Shown here piece after piece: positions 28,324 through 37,839 of a stretch of 64,000 nucleotides of DNA (within the stretch, counting starts at the first letter, position 1; every line of letters begins with the position of its first letter). The notes below the pieces were generated by a model. The model worked only from the letters and a program-made list of their open reading frames with translations, did no database searches and was not told where the DNA came from. This DNA comes from an uncultured Chloroflexia bacterium (GTDB lineage Bacteria; Chloroflexota; Limnocylindria; QHBO01). A program made the position numbers and the translations under genes. The stretch lies in the NCBI GenBank assembly GCA_963825525.1, contig CAWGTN010000002.1:768001-832000 (forward strand), in the 5' to 3' direction.

Positions 28324-29528
28324 GCGTTCGCTCGATCGATGGAGGCGTGACGGCGCCGCTCGGATTCAGGGTCGCCAGCGGCGATGCCGGCATCCGCGAG
28401 ACGCCCGGGCCCGACCTCGTACTGCTCGTCTCCGACGGTCCGGCCAGCGCGGCAGCGACCCTCACCACCAATCGGATGCGCGCTGCGCCCGTCCTGCTGG
28501 CGGCGGAGTCGCTGGCAGCAACCCGCGGTCGGGCGCGGGCCATCGTCATCAATGCCGGCTGTGCGAACGCTGGCACTGGCGGCGGCGGGCTCGAGGACGC
28601 TCGCACGGTCGTGGAGGCAGCCGCGGAGCGTGTGGGATGCCCGAGCAATCAGATCCTGCCGGCGTCGACCGGACTCATCGGTTCGCGCCTGCCCGTCGAT
28701 GCCATGCGCGCCGCGCTGGCGGGCTTCGCGTTCGAGCGCTCGGTGGCGAGTGATCAGCACGCGGCGCTGGCGATCATGACGACCGACACCCGGCCCAAGC
28801 AGGTCGCGGTGTCGCTCAGCCTGGCCGACGGACGCGAGGTGCGCATCGGCGGCATGGCCAAGGGCTCGGGCATGATCCATCCGCAGATGGCGACGATGCT
28901 CGCCTTCGTGACGACCGACGCGCCGGTTGCGGCCGATCGCCTCGCCGTCATCCTCCGTTCCGCCGTCGAGCTGACGTTCAACCAGGTGACCGTCGACGGC
29001 GACACGTCGACGAACGACGCCGTGATGGTCCTCGCCAACGGTCTGGCCGGCGGCCCGAACCTCGAAGCCGGCGACGAGGAGGCGTTCGCCGATGCGCTCG
29101 CAGAGACGTGTCGACGCCTGGCGATCGCGATCGCCCAGGACGGCGAGGGCGCCCGGCATCTCATCGAGGTCACCGTGCGCGGCGCACGATCCGATGCCGA
29201 TGCGCGGGCGGTTGCCCGGACCGTGGCGGGATCGTCATTGGTCAAGACGGCCGTCCACGGGGCCGATCCGAACTGGGGCCGCATTGCCGCCGCCGCCGGA
29301 CGAGCGGGTGTCGAGCTGGATGCCGACGCCATGCGGATCTGCATCGGCGACATCCCGGTCTACGACGGCAGCCCGGTTGACTTCGACGAAGCTTCGGCCC
29401 AGCGAATCCTCGGCGGCGATCGCGTGCCGCTGCTCATCGACCTGCTGGACGGTGACGGCACGGGGGTGGCGTGGGGCTGCGATCTGTCGGCCGAGTACGT
29501 GGCGATCAACAGCGAGTACACGACATGA
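28320..29528 (+). CDS. argJ: ornithine acetyltransferase
   Basis: KGSGMIHPQMATML, DGDTSTND, DGEGA, INSEYTT; GTG overlaps the argC stop. Confidence 0.97.
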   Translation: MSVRSIDGGVTAPLGFRVASGDAGIRETPGPDLVLLVSDGPASAAATLTTNRMRAAPVLLAAESLAATRGRARAIVINAGCANAGTGGGGLEDARTVVEAAAERVGCPSNQILPASTGLIGSRLPVDAMRAALAGFAFERSVASDQHAALAIMTTDTRPKQVAVSLSLADGREVRIGGMAKGSGMIHPQMATMLAFVTTDAPVAADRLAVILRSAVELTFNQVTVDGDTSTNDAVMVLANGLAGGPNLEAGDEEAFADALAETCRRLAIAIAQDGEGARHLIEVTVRGARSDADARAVARTVAGSSLVKTAVHGADPNWGRIAAAAGRAGVELDADAMRICIGDIPVYDGSPVDFDEASAQRILGGDRVPLLIDLLDGDGTGVAWGCDLSAEYVAINSEYTT

Positions 29529-30298
29529 GCGCGACGCCGCTGACGGTCAAGCTGGGCGGGGCCGCCGGAGCGCACGCCGCATCGTTGTCGATCCTCGTCG
29601 AGCGCGCCGAACCGGGCTGGGCGGTCGTGCACGGTGGCGGGTCCGAGATCAGGGCATGGTCCGACCGGCTCGGCATGGCAAGCGAATTCGTCGACGGCCT
29701 CCGCGTGACCGACGCGGCCACGCTCGACGTCGCCATCGGCGTGCTGCGCGGGATCGTCAATGCCCGCCTGGTCGCGGCGTTTGCCGCCGGCGGCGTTCCG
29801 GCAATCGGCCTGGGCGGCGCTGACGGAGATCTCCTGCGTGCCGAGCGCTTTGACGACCGGCTGGGCCACGTCGGCCGAATCCGCCACGTGAACGGCGAGC
29901 TGCTCGCCTCGATCGCGTCGGATGGCTACGTCCCGGTCATCGCGCCGATTGCCCGCGGAGCCGGAACCGAGCTGCTCAATGTCAACGCTGACGAGGCAGC
30001 CGGTGCCGTAGCCGCCGCCCGGGGCGGCCGGCTGCTGCTGCTCACCGACGTGCCGGCTGTGCTGCAGGACGGCAACCCGGTGGCCATCGCCGATGCGGCC
30101 TCGGTCGAGCGGATGCTGGCCGATGACACCGCCACCGGGGGCATGCGACCGAAGCTGAGGGCGGCGCTGGATGCCGCACGAGCGGGCTGCGCCGTGCAGA
30201 TCGTGAATGGAACGGATCCGGGAGCCGTCCGCGCGGCCCTGGACGGCGAAGTGATCGGTACCACCGTGACGGCCTCGCCGATGGCGGGGATCGGCTGA
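29525..30298 (+). CDS. argB: acetylglutamate kinase
   Basis: VKLGG, VHGGG, GLRVTD, LNVNAD, GGMRPK. Confidence 0.95.
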   Translation: MSATPLTVKLGGAAGAHAASLSILVERAEPGWAVVHGGGSEIRAWSDRLGMASEFVDGLRVTDAATLDVAIGVLRGIVNARLVAAFAAGGVPAIGLGGADGDLLRAERFDDRLGHVGRIRHVNGELLASIASDGYVPVIAPIARGAGTELLNVNADEAAGAVAAARGGRLLLLTDVPAVLQDGNPVAIADAASVERMLADDTATGGMRPKLRAALDAARAGCAVQIVNGTDPGAVRAALDGEVIGTTVTASPMAGIG

Positions 30299-30299
30299 G

Positions 30300-30821
30300 A
30301 TGAAGAAGGAGCGTCCCATGGGGAGCATCGAACGACGCGACCTCGTTCGGCGGCTGATTGCCGCCGGCGGCGTCCACACGCAGGGCGAGCTGGTCGCCGC
30401 CCTCCGAGATCGCGGGGTCGACGTGACCCAGGCCACGATCTCGCGTGACCTCGCGAGCCTCGGCGTGGCCCGCGGGTTCAGAGGCGGCCAGGTCACGTAC
30501 CTGCTGCCTGACGACATGACAACCGGGGCCGCGGAGGCGGCCGAGGGACGACTGCGCCGGCTGCTCGCCGACCTGCCGCTGACCATCGGCGAGACGGCGC
30601 CGCTCGTCGTCCTGCGCACGTCACCGGGCGGGGCCAACGCAATTGCATCGGCCATTGACCTGTCCTCTTGGGATGACGTGGTCGGGACCATCGCCGGCGA
30701 CGACACGATCTTCGTGGCCTGCACCGATCGCGACGGCATGCGCCGCTTCCGGGCTCGCCTCGAAGCCCTGCTCGGTCGAACCGCCGTGGGCGCCTCGACG
30801 ACCGTGGGCGGCCCGGCATGA
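30300..30821 (+). CDS. argR: arginine repressor
   Basis: VTQATISRDL, GTIAGDDT. Confidence 0.96.
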   Translation: MKKERPMGSIERRDLVRRLIAAGGVHTQGELVAALRDRGVDVTQATISRDLASLGVARGFRGGQVTYLLPDDMTTGAAEAAEGRLRRLLADLPLTIGETAPLVVLRTSPGGANAIASAIDLSSWDDVVGTIAGDDTIFVACTDRDGMRRFRARLEALLGRTAVGASTTVGGPA

Positions 30822-32104
30822 GCGAGACCGTCGTCCTCGCCTACTCGGGCGGCCTCGACACCTCGGTCGCCGTTCCGTGGCTGCGCGAGACCCATGGACA
30901 CGAGGTCGTCACCCTGACCGTCGACGTCGGGGGCGGTGTCGACGCCGGTGCGGTCCAGGCGCGGGCATTGGCCGGCGGCGCGCGACGCGCCGTGGTCGTC
31001 GACGCTCGGGCCGCCTTCGTCACCGACTACATCTGGCCGGCGCTGCAGGCAGGATCCCTCTACCAGGGCCAGTACCCGCTTGCCACGGCGCTCGCCCGCC
31101 CGCTCATCGCTCGGCTGCTCGTCGAGGCGGCGCACGAGGCCGGCGCAAACCTGGTGGCGCATGGCTGCACGGGCAAGGGCAACGACCAGGTGCGCTTCGA
31201 CGTGGCGGTTGCCGCGCTCGATCCGTCGCTGCAGGTCATCGCGCCGATGCGCGTCGGCATGGGCATGACCCGTGACGAAGAGCTGGCCTACGCCCGCGAG
31301 CGCGGCATCGATGTCCCGTCCGGTCCGAGCTCCCCCTTCAGCATCGATGTGAACCTGTGGGGCCGCTCGATCGAGGCCGGCCAGCTCGAGGATCCATGGA
31401 CCGAGCCACCGGCCGATGCCTTTGACTGGACCGTCGACCCGGCCGATGCCCCGCGCACGGCCCGCGACCTCGTGATCGGCTTCGAGGAGGGGGTGCCCGT
31501 CTCGATCGACGGCGAGCCGCTCGACGGCGTGACGCTGGTGGAGCGGCTCAACGCCGAGGCTGGCGCCTACGGCATCGGCCGCATCGACCACGTGGAGGAC
31601 AGACTCATCGGGATCAAGAGCCGCGAGATCTACGAGGCGCCGGCCGCGGTCGTCCTGCACGCGGCGCATGCAGCCCTCGAGGGGATGACCCTCTCTCGCG
31701 AGCTGCTCGCCTACAAGCGATCGGTCGGCGACCGGCTGGCCACGCTGGCCTATGACGGGCTGTGGTTCAGCGAGCTGGGCGTCGCCCTGCGGGCGTTCGT
31801 CACCCACACCCAGCGCTACGTCAGCGGCGAGGTGCGCATGCGTCTCGCCGCGGGCAGCGCATCGGTCACCGGGCGACGATCGCCGCACTCGCTCTATGAC
31901 ATCGGCCTGGCGACCTACGACAGCGGCGACCGCTTCGACCACGCCTCGGCCGTCGGCTTCATCGCCCTGTGGGGCCTGCCCGTTCGGACGCAGGCCGCGG
32001 CCCGCGGCAACGGCGTCATCGGCGGCCAGGACGAGAAGAGCCTGCTCGACGAGCTCGGTGCGGATCGTCTCGACGCCGAAGCCATGGCGGGGGCCGGACG
32101 ATGA
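30818..32104 (+). CDS. argG: argininosuccinate synthase
   Basis: LAYSGGLDTS, HGCTGKGNDQVRF, GIKSREIYEAP. Confidence 0.98.
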   Translation: MSETVVLAYSGGLDTSVAVPWLRETHGHEVVTLTVDVGGGVDAGAVQARALAGGARRAVVVDARAAFVTDYIWPALQAGSLYQGQYPLATALARPLIARLLVEAAHEAGANLVAHGCTGKGNDQVRFDVAVAALDPSLQVIAPMRVGMGMTRDEELAYARERGIDVPSGPSSPFSIDVNLWGRSIEAGQLEDPWTEPPADAFDWTVDPADAPRTARDLVIGFEEGVPVSIDGEPLDGVTLVERLNAEAGAYGIGRIDHVEDRLIGIKSREIYEAPAAVVLHAAHAALEGMTLSRELLAYKRSVGDRLATLAYDGLWFSELGVALRAFVTHTQRYVSGEVRMRLAAGSASVTGRRSPHSLYDIGLATYDSGDRFDHASAVGFIALWGLPVRTQAAARGNGVIGGQDEKSLLDELGADRLDAEAMAGAGR

Positions 32105-32619
32105 GCGAGAAGCAGGATCCGGGTGGGCTGCGCATGGCCGGGACGATTGCCGCCCTGACCTCCGATTCGTCGTACGTGCGTCGTGCCCGGACCCGTGATG
32201 TCGACGCCATCCTGGCGGTCATCGGGACCTACGTGGAGCAGCACGTGCTGCTGCCGCGAACGCGCGAGGAGATCCTCGCGCACATCGACACCTGGTGGGT
32301 CAGCGACCTGAACGGCGACGTGGTCGGCTGCGCTGCGCTGCGTGACTTCGGAGACGGCCTGGGCGAGCTTCGATCCCTGAGCGTCGTCGCCGAGGCTCAT
32401 GGCCGCGGGCTCGGCGAGTCCCTGGTGCATGCCGTCGTCCGCGAGGCCGGGCGCCACGAGATGACGCGCCTGTTTGCCATCACCAGCAACCCGGGCTACT
32501 TCGCCCGACACGGCTTCGCCGAGATCGAGATGCAGGACGTCCCGGAGATCCTGCACGTGGATCGCGTTCCGTGGCCACGGCGCAGCGGTACCGGGCACGC
32601 CATGGAGCTTGCGCTGTGA
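32101..32619 (+). CDS. GNAT N-acetyltransferase, probable short N-acetylglutamate synthase
   Basis: LLPRT, GELRSLSV, HGRGLG, YFARHGF; embedded in the arg operon. Confidence 0.8.
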   Translation: MSEKQDPGGLRMAGTIAALTSDSSYVRRARTRDVDAILAVIGTYVEQHVLLPRTREEILAHIDTWWVSDLNGDVVGCAALRDFGDGLGELRSLSVVAEAHGRGLGESLVHAVVREAGRHEMTRLFAITSNPGYFARHGFAEIEMQDVPEILHVDRVPWPRRSGTGHAMELAL

Positions 32620-33827
32620 GCGAGGCCGCAGCCGCCCACGTCAGCGGCGCCGTGGCCCACGAGGCACGAGTCCACCTCCAGACCTACGCCCGCCAGCCGA
32701 TCACGCTCGTGCGCGGCCGAGGCTCCTGGGTGACCGACGATGCGGGCCGCGAGTACCTGGATCTCGTGGCGGGCATCGCCGTCAATGTGCTCGGCCACGC
32801 CCACCCTGCCGTGGCCGCGGCGGTCGCGGACCAGGCATCGACATTGGTACAGGTCTCGAACCTCTACTACACGCTGCCGCAGCTCGAGCTTGCCGATGCG
32901 CTGATCGAGCGCTCACCGTTCGATCGCGTCTTCTTCACGAACTCCGGGACCGAGGCCAACGAGGCGGCCCTCAAGCTGGCGCGACGACACGGTCGGGAGC
33001 GCGGCGCGCACGAAGTCGTGTCGCTCCTCGGCTCGTTCCACGGCCGGACCTTCGGCTCGCTCGCGGCGACCGGGCAGCCGAAGTACCAGGCGCCGTTCGC
33101 CCCGCTGCCGCCCGGATTCCGTCATGTCGCCCCGAACGACATCGCGGCGCTCGACGCGGCGGTCAGCGAGGCCACCTGCGCGGTCCTGCTGGAGCCGATC
33201 ATGGGCGAAGGAGGCATCCATCCGCTGACCGACGATTTCCTTCGCGCCGCTCGGGCCGCCTGCGACCGTGTCGGAGCTCTCCTGATCCTCGATGAAGTGC
33301 AGACGGCCATCGGACGCACGGGCACCTTCTTCGCGTTCGAGGCGAGCTCCATCGTTCCCGACGCGGTGACCCTGGCCAAGGGCCTGGCCGGCGGGATCCC
33401 GATCGGCGCGCTCCTCGTCCGCCAGTCGGCGGCGTCATTCCAGGTCGGTGATCACGGCACCACGCTCGGGGGCAACCCGGTGTCGTGCGCCGCCGCGCTT
33501 GCGACCCTGCGCGTGCTGGACGATGCCGACCTCATGGCGAACGCGCGCGGGCGCGGCGCACAGCTCGTGGCCGGCCTGGCGCCGCTGGCCGACAACGGCC
33601 TGCTCGTCGAGGTGCGTGGGCGCGGCCTGATGCTCGGGCTGGAGACGGCCGCGCCGATCGCCCGCGCGACGGTCGCGGCCGCGCGCGACCACCACGGACT
33701 GCTCGTGAACGCCACCGGCGACACGACATTGCGGCTCGTGCCCCCGCTCACCATCAGCCAGGACGAGATCGCGATCGCGATCGAGCGCCTGGGAGCCGCG
33801 CTGGCCGAGGCGGCGGTGCCCGCATGA
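32616..33827 (+). CDS. argD: acetylornithine aminotransferase
   Basis: NSGTEANEAA, SFHGRT, DEVQT, AKGLAGG. Confidence 0.93.
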   Translation: MSEAAAAHVSGAVAHEARVHLQTYARQPITLVRGRGSWVTDDAGREYLDLVAGIAVNVLGHAHPAVAAAVADQASTLVQVSNLYYTLPQLELADALIERSPFDRVFFTNSGTEANEAALKLARRHGRERGAHEVVSLLGSFHGRTFGSLAATGQPKYQAPFAPLPPGFRHVAPNDIAALDAAVSEATCAVLLEPIMGEGGIHPLTDDFLRAARAACDRVGALLILDEVQTAIGRTGTFFAFEASSIVPDAVTLAKGLAGGIPIGALLVRQSAASFQVGDHGTTLGGNPVSCAAALATLRVLDDADLMANARGRGAQLVAGLAPLADNGLLVEVRGRGLMLGLETAAPIARATVAAARDHHGLLVNATGDTTLRLVPPLTISQDEIAIAIERLGAALAEAAVPA

Positions 33828-34798
33828 CCGTCATCCGCGCGGCGTCGCGCCACGTGGTCCCCGCCTCGGTGCTTCATGTGCTGGGCTCCGAGGACTTCGG
33901 GACCCTTGGCCTCGACCGCCTCCTGGATCGGGCCGACGTCGCCCGCGCGGAGCGCGCGGCACCGGACGCGGCGCGACCGCTCGTCGGGCGCCAGGTGGCG
34001 CTGTTGTTCGAGAAGCCGAGCCTCCGGACGCGGGTGAGCTTCGAGGTCGCGGTCACGGCACTCGGTGGCCACGCGATCGCACTCGGGCCCGATGAGGTCG
34101 GGCTCGGTCGCCGAGAGACCGCAGCCGACGTGGCGCGCAACCTGTCGCGCCTGGTGGACATCATCGTGCTGCGCACGTTCGCCCACGCGACCCTGACCGA
34201 GATGGCCGCCGTGTCGTCGATTCCGGTCATCAATGCGCTCACCGACGATGAGCACCCGTGCCAGGCCCTGGCCGATCTGCTCACCCTGCGCCGGCAGTTC
34301 GGGAACCTCTCGGCGCTGACGCTCGCGTACGTGGGAGATGGGAACAATGTCGCGCACTCGCTCCTCCTGGCCGGCGCCGTTGCCGGAATGGAGGTCCGGC
34401 TCGCGACACCGGTCGGCTACGCGCCGAGCCCGGCGGTCGTGGCGCGTGCCGCATCGCTGTCCGACCGCATGGGCGGCCGACACGCCGTGATCGCGACCGA
34501 CCCCGTCGAGGCCGTTCGCGGCGCAGATGCCGTGTACACCGACGTGTGGGCCAGCATGGGTCGCGAGGCGGAGGCCGATGAGCGGCGCGACCGCTTCGCC
34601 GCCTACCAGGTCAACGAGCAGCTGCTGGCTCACGCCGCACCCCACGTGGTGGCGATGCACTGCATGCCCGCGCATCGGGGCGAGGAGATCTCCGCCGAAG
34701 TGCTGGATGGGCCGCGCTCGCTGGCCCTCGAGCAGGCCGAGAACCGCCGGTACGTCCAGGAGGCGATCCTCGCGACGGTGCTTGCCCCGACGGCCTGA
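33824..34798 (+). CDS. argF: ornithine carbamoyltransferase
   Basis: FEKPSLRT, HPCQALAD, DVWASMG, HCMPAHRG. Confidence 0.95.
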   Translation: MTVIRAASRHVVPASVLHVLGSEDFGTLGLDRLLDRADVARAERAAPDAARPLVGRQVALLFEKPSLRTRVSFEVAVTALGGHAIALGPDEVGLGRRETAADVARNLSRLVDIIVLRTFAHATLTEMAAVSSIPVINALTDDEHPCQALADLLTLRRQFGNLSALTLAYVGDGNNVAHSLLLAGAVAGMEVRLATPVGYAPSPAVVARAASLSDRMGGRHAVIATDPVEAVRGADAVYTDVWASMGREAEADERRDRFAAYQVNEQLLAHAAPHVVAMHCMPAHRGEEISAEVLDGPRSLALEQAENRRYVQEAILATVLAPTA

Positions 34799-34831
34799 TC
34801 ATCGACGGTCGCGCTCCGCTAGCATCGGCGC

Positions 34832-35641
34832 ATGGAGCAGCGCACCGCCGAACTCATGGCCGATGAGGAGTCCCGTGCCGACATGTCGGCCAGCGACTTC
34901 GACCACGACTTCCTGGCGGCTCACCTGACCGAAGAACGGCGGCGCGCCGGCATCCTCGGTGAAATCCGCGAGGCGATCTTCGGCGCGCAGGACGGCCTCG
35001 TCAGCACCCTCGCGGTCGTGAGCACCGTGGCCGGCGCCACGAGCGACCGGTACGCCGTGCTCATCGCCGGCATCGCATCCGGGCTGGCGGGCATCTTCAG
35101 CATGGGCGCCGGCGAGTACATCGGCAGCAAGAGCCAGCGCGAGATCTTCGAGGCGCAGATCGCCGACGAGCGCCACGAGGTCCACGACCGACCCGGCGAG
35201 GCGGAGGCCGAGGTCGCCTTCATGTTCGAAGAAGACGGTCTGCCCCACGACCAGGCACTGGCCGTCGCCCAAGTCATGGCGCGGCATCCGGAGGTCTTGC
35301 TCAAGACGATGGTGGAAAAGGAGCTGGGCCTCACCCTCGAGGAGGGAGGCGGATCGCCGATGCAGGGCGCGCTGGTGATGGGCGGCGCATTCGCTCTCGG
35401 GACCATCCCGCCCATCGTGCCTCACCTCTTCGTGAACGGCGGGGCGGCCGTGCTCGTATCGGCGGTCGCCACGCTGTCCGTGCTCTTTGCGATCGGAGCG
35501 GTGAAGAGCCGCTGGACGCACAGGTCGTGGTGGGCTTCAGGGCTCGAGATCATGTTGCTCGGCGCGATTGCCGGAGTGGCCGGCTACTTCTTCGGCAGCA
35601 TCCTGCCCGTCCTCCTGGGAGCGCCGGAGGTGGCCGCCTAG
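34832..35641 (+). CDS. VIT1/CCC1 family Fe/Mn transporter
   Basis: IFGAQDGLVS, SMGAGEY, Glu-rich loop, TM segments. Confidence 0.9.
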   Translation: MEQRTAELMADEESRADMSASDFDHDFLAAHLTEERRRAGILGEIREAIFGAQDGLVSTLAVVSTVAGATSDRYAVLIAGIASGLAGIFSMGAGEYIGSKSQREIFEAQIADERHEVHDRPGEAEAEVAFMFEEDGLPHDQALAVAQVMARHPEVLLKTMVEKELGLTLEEGGGSPMQGALVMGGAFALGTIPPIVPHLFVNGGAAVLVSAVATLSVLFAIGAVKSRWTHRSWWASGLEIMLLGAIAGVAGYFFGSILPVLLGAPEVAA

Positions 35642-36105
35642 GAAGCCGGCAGCTCCGCGCCACAGCCCTTGCAGAACTTCGCGTCGCCGGCATTGGCGGT
35701 CCGACATGCGTCACACACCAGCCGCAGGGCAGCGCCACAATCGTCGCAATACGCCGCGTCGGCGGCGTTCGTCCCGCCGCATTTGGCGCACGTCTCCTGG
35801 CCCGAGCCGAGGCCGAGTGCGCCGAGCGTGTCGCGGATCGTCGGCGTCACCTCACCGGCGACGAATCGCGACGCGGGCCCGAGATACGCGAACTTCGTGA
35901 TGGCGCTGCCGATGGCGATGAGCGGAAGGCCGATGAACGCCATCCAGAAGTTGCCCGGGATGCCCATCCCACCGAAGGCCGCGAAGAAGTCGATCATCGC
36001 GATCGCGGTGAACAACAGGCCCACGCCGACCATGGCCGGACCGATGATCCGCAACGAGCTCCGCAGGCTCGCCTGCTCGGGAAGCCCGGGATCGGGCGAT
36101 GGCAT
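35638..36105 (-). CDS. membrane protein with C-terminal double zinc ribbon
   Basis: Two TM segments then CAKCG..CDDCG..CDAC..CKGCG; SD AAGGGG. Confidence 0.8.
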   Translation of the reverse strand: MPSPDPGLPEQASLRSSLRIIGPAMVGVGLLFTAIAMIDFFAAFGGMGIPGNFWMAFIGLPLIAIGSAITKFAYLGPASRFVAGEVTPTIRDTLGALGLGSGQETCAKCGGTNAADAAYCDDCGAALRLVCDACRTANAGDAKFCKGCGAELPAS

Positions 36106-36188
36106 TGGTCGATCCCCTTTGGATGCGGGTTGGGCGGAGGACTCACGGGTGTCGAGAACGCGGTGCGCTCCGGAGTATATGAGCGGGA

Positions 36189-36596
36189 TCAACCGCTGAC
36201 GGTGACCACGCCCACCATGCCATAGGCCTCATGCCCCGGCAGGTGGCAGATGAAGGCCAGCTGCCCGGCCGTGTCGAACGTGATGGTCGTCGATACGGTC
36301 TCGAGCGCCGGAACAGTGACCTCGGTGGGGATCGTGTCATGCCGCTCGTGCGTCCCCGTGCGATGAGCCTGGTGGAACGCCTCATCGCCGATCAGCCATT
36401 CATGATCGATCGGATCCTCGTTCACCAGGACGAAGGTCACCGGGACGCCGCGCGCGACGCTGACATTGGTCACGTCAAAGCCCGAATGGCGGATCCTGAT
36501 CGTCACCTCCTGCGCAGCCGGCCCGCTGGCCGCGGTCGTGGCCGCCGCGAGGAGCAGCGCCACGACCGCGATGATCAATCCGGCACGGCGGGTCAT
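36189..36596 (-). CDS. secreted cupredoxin (plastocyanin/azurin-like)
   Basis: Signal peptide; DHEW and CHLPGHEAYGM type-1 copper ligand pattern. Confidence 0.85.
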   Translation of the reverse strand: MTRRAGLIIAVVALLLAAATTAASGPAAQEVTIRIRHSGFDVTNVSVARGVPVTFVLVNEDPIDHEWLIGDEAFHQAHRTGTHERHDTIPTEVTVPALETVSTTITFDTAGQLAFICHLPGHEAYGMVGVVTVSG

Positions 36597-37657
36597 GCGC
36601 CGGCGAACGGAGGCATGTGATCCGAGCCCCGTTCCGATCGTGTGATGGCGACCGGTACCGCGATCACCATGAGCGCCGCGAGCAGCAGGTAGAGCGCAAC
36701 CGGCGGACGGGGCGCCGGATTGTCCGTGAACGGGAGATAGCCCGCGTCGACCGCCGAAGGTCGACCGGCGCCGGACGCATCGATGGCGAGATCGAAGTCG
36801 AGCTGGCCCGCGCTCGACGCGATGACCACCTTGGTCAGCCATGCCGATTCGGGCACCCACTCCATGCCGGCGTCCGATCGCAGGTCGCTCAGCAGGAGAT
36901 CGGTGGCCGCCGCGCTGTGGTCGAGGATCAGCCCGTCCGACTCCGCGAACACGCCGGCACGAGGCAGGAGGGTCGGGCGGATGTCGGTCAGGAGATAGAC
37001 GTCCGCCTCGACGAGCTCCGCATCGGCCTTGCCGAGGCCCAGGATGCGCAGGGGCACCCAGGGGTTGTCGGTCGGGATGACGAGGTGCACCGGCGTGCCA
37101 TCGCCGATGGCCTGGCCGCGGGCAGCGGCCGCATCGGCATCGAAGGCAGCGGCCATGAAGATCGGTGAGCGATCGGCGTAGAAGTCGAGGACCTCGGGCG
37201 CATCGGGCGGGAGGCTGAAGCCGTGGTTCTTGGCCCACAGCCCCACCTCATCACCCCCGCCGCGCAGGATCGTGATATCGAGCGCGTCGATGGTCGTCTC
37301 GAGGAGGACCTCTGCCTCATCTGAGGCAGCCGCGCTCAACTCGGCTCCGCGAAAGAAGAGGTCGGGCTGGGGATCGGTCTCGCGGAGGAGGCGCTGGAGC
37401 GTCCAGTCGCCGCCGCGGATGACATCGGTCGGGATGCCCGGGAGGGGCGTGATCGAACCGAACTTGCCACCACCACCGGCGAACTCGAACGAGGTGACGT
37501 AGTGCTCGACACCATCGTGATAGCCGGCGAAGGTCGTGGTGCGGAGCAGGTTGACGGCACCGTTGGGGCCGATGAGGCCGCCGCATGCGAGTGCGGGCGC
37601 CGCGGTGATGAGCAGGGCGGCCGAAGCGACCACCAGGGAGAGCCATGGACGTCGCAT
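36593..37657 (-). CDS. exported protein with C-terminal TM anchor (DUF2330-like)
   Basis: Signal peptide ending ALA-CGG; FGSITPLP, WAKNHGF, PWVPLRIL; SD AGGAGG. Confidence 0.7.
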   Translation of the reverse strand: MRRPWLSLVVASAALLITAAPALACGGLIGPNGAVNLLRTTTFAGYHDGVEHYVTSFEFAGGGGKFGSITPLPGIPTDVIRGGDWTLQRLLRETDPQPDLFFRGAELSAAASDEAEVLLETTIDALDITILRGGGDEVGLWAKNHGFSLPPDAPEVLDFYADRSPIFMAAAFDADAAAARGQAIGDGTPVHLVIPTDNPWVPLRILGLGKADAELVEADVYLLTDIRPTLLPRAGVFAESDGLILDHSAAATDLLLSDLRSDAGMEWVPESAWLTKVVIASSAGQLDFDLAIDASGAGRPSAVDAGYLPFTDNPAPRPPVALYLLLAALMVIAVPVAITRSERGSDHMPPFAGA

Positions 37658-37709
37658 CGACCGTCCTCCTTGCATATGGGCGTGGGATCGATGCTGCAGC
37701 ACCGGGTCT

Positions 37710-37735
37710 GACGCCCCGGCGGGCCATTCGGTTCC
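37710..37735 (-). promoter_or_regulatory. candidate ECF sigma promoter
   Basis: Minus strand GGAAC-N17-CGTC about 50 nt upstream of the DUF2330-like gene. Confidence 0.5.
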
Positions 37736-37839
37736 GCCGGGAACGGCCTGCGGGAGGCCCGCCGGTTTGCCATCACCGTCAATACTGTGTGCGCTCGCGC
37801 TTCCCGTTGCCCGACGCGAGCAGCACGGAGGGATGACGT

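Noticed and set aside
33824-34798. N-acetyl- or N-succinyl-ornithine carbamoyltransferase suggested by SLRT
   Set aside because: The ornithine-binding DxxxSMG motif is intact and argJ is present, consistent with an ordinary OTCase
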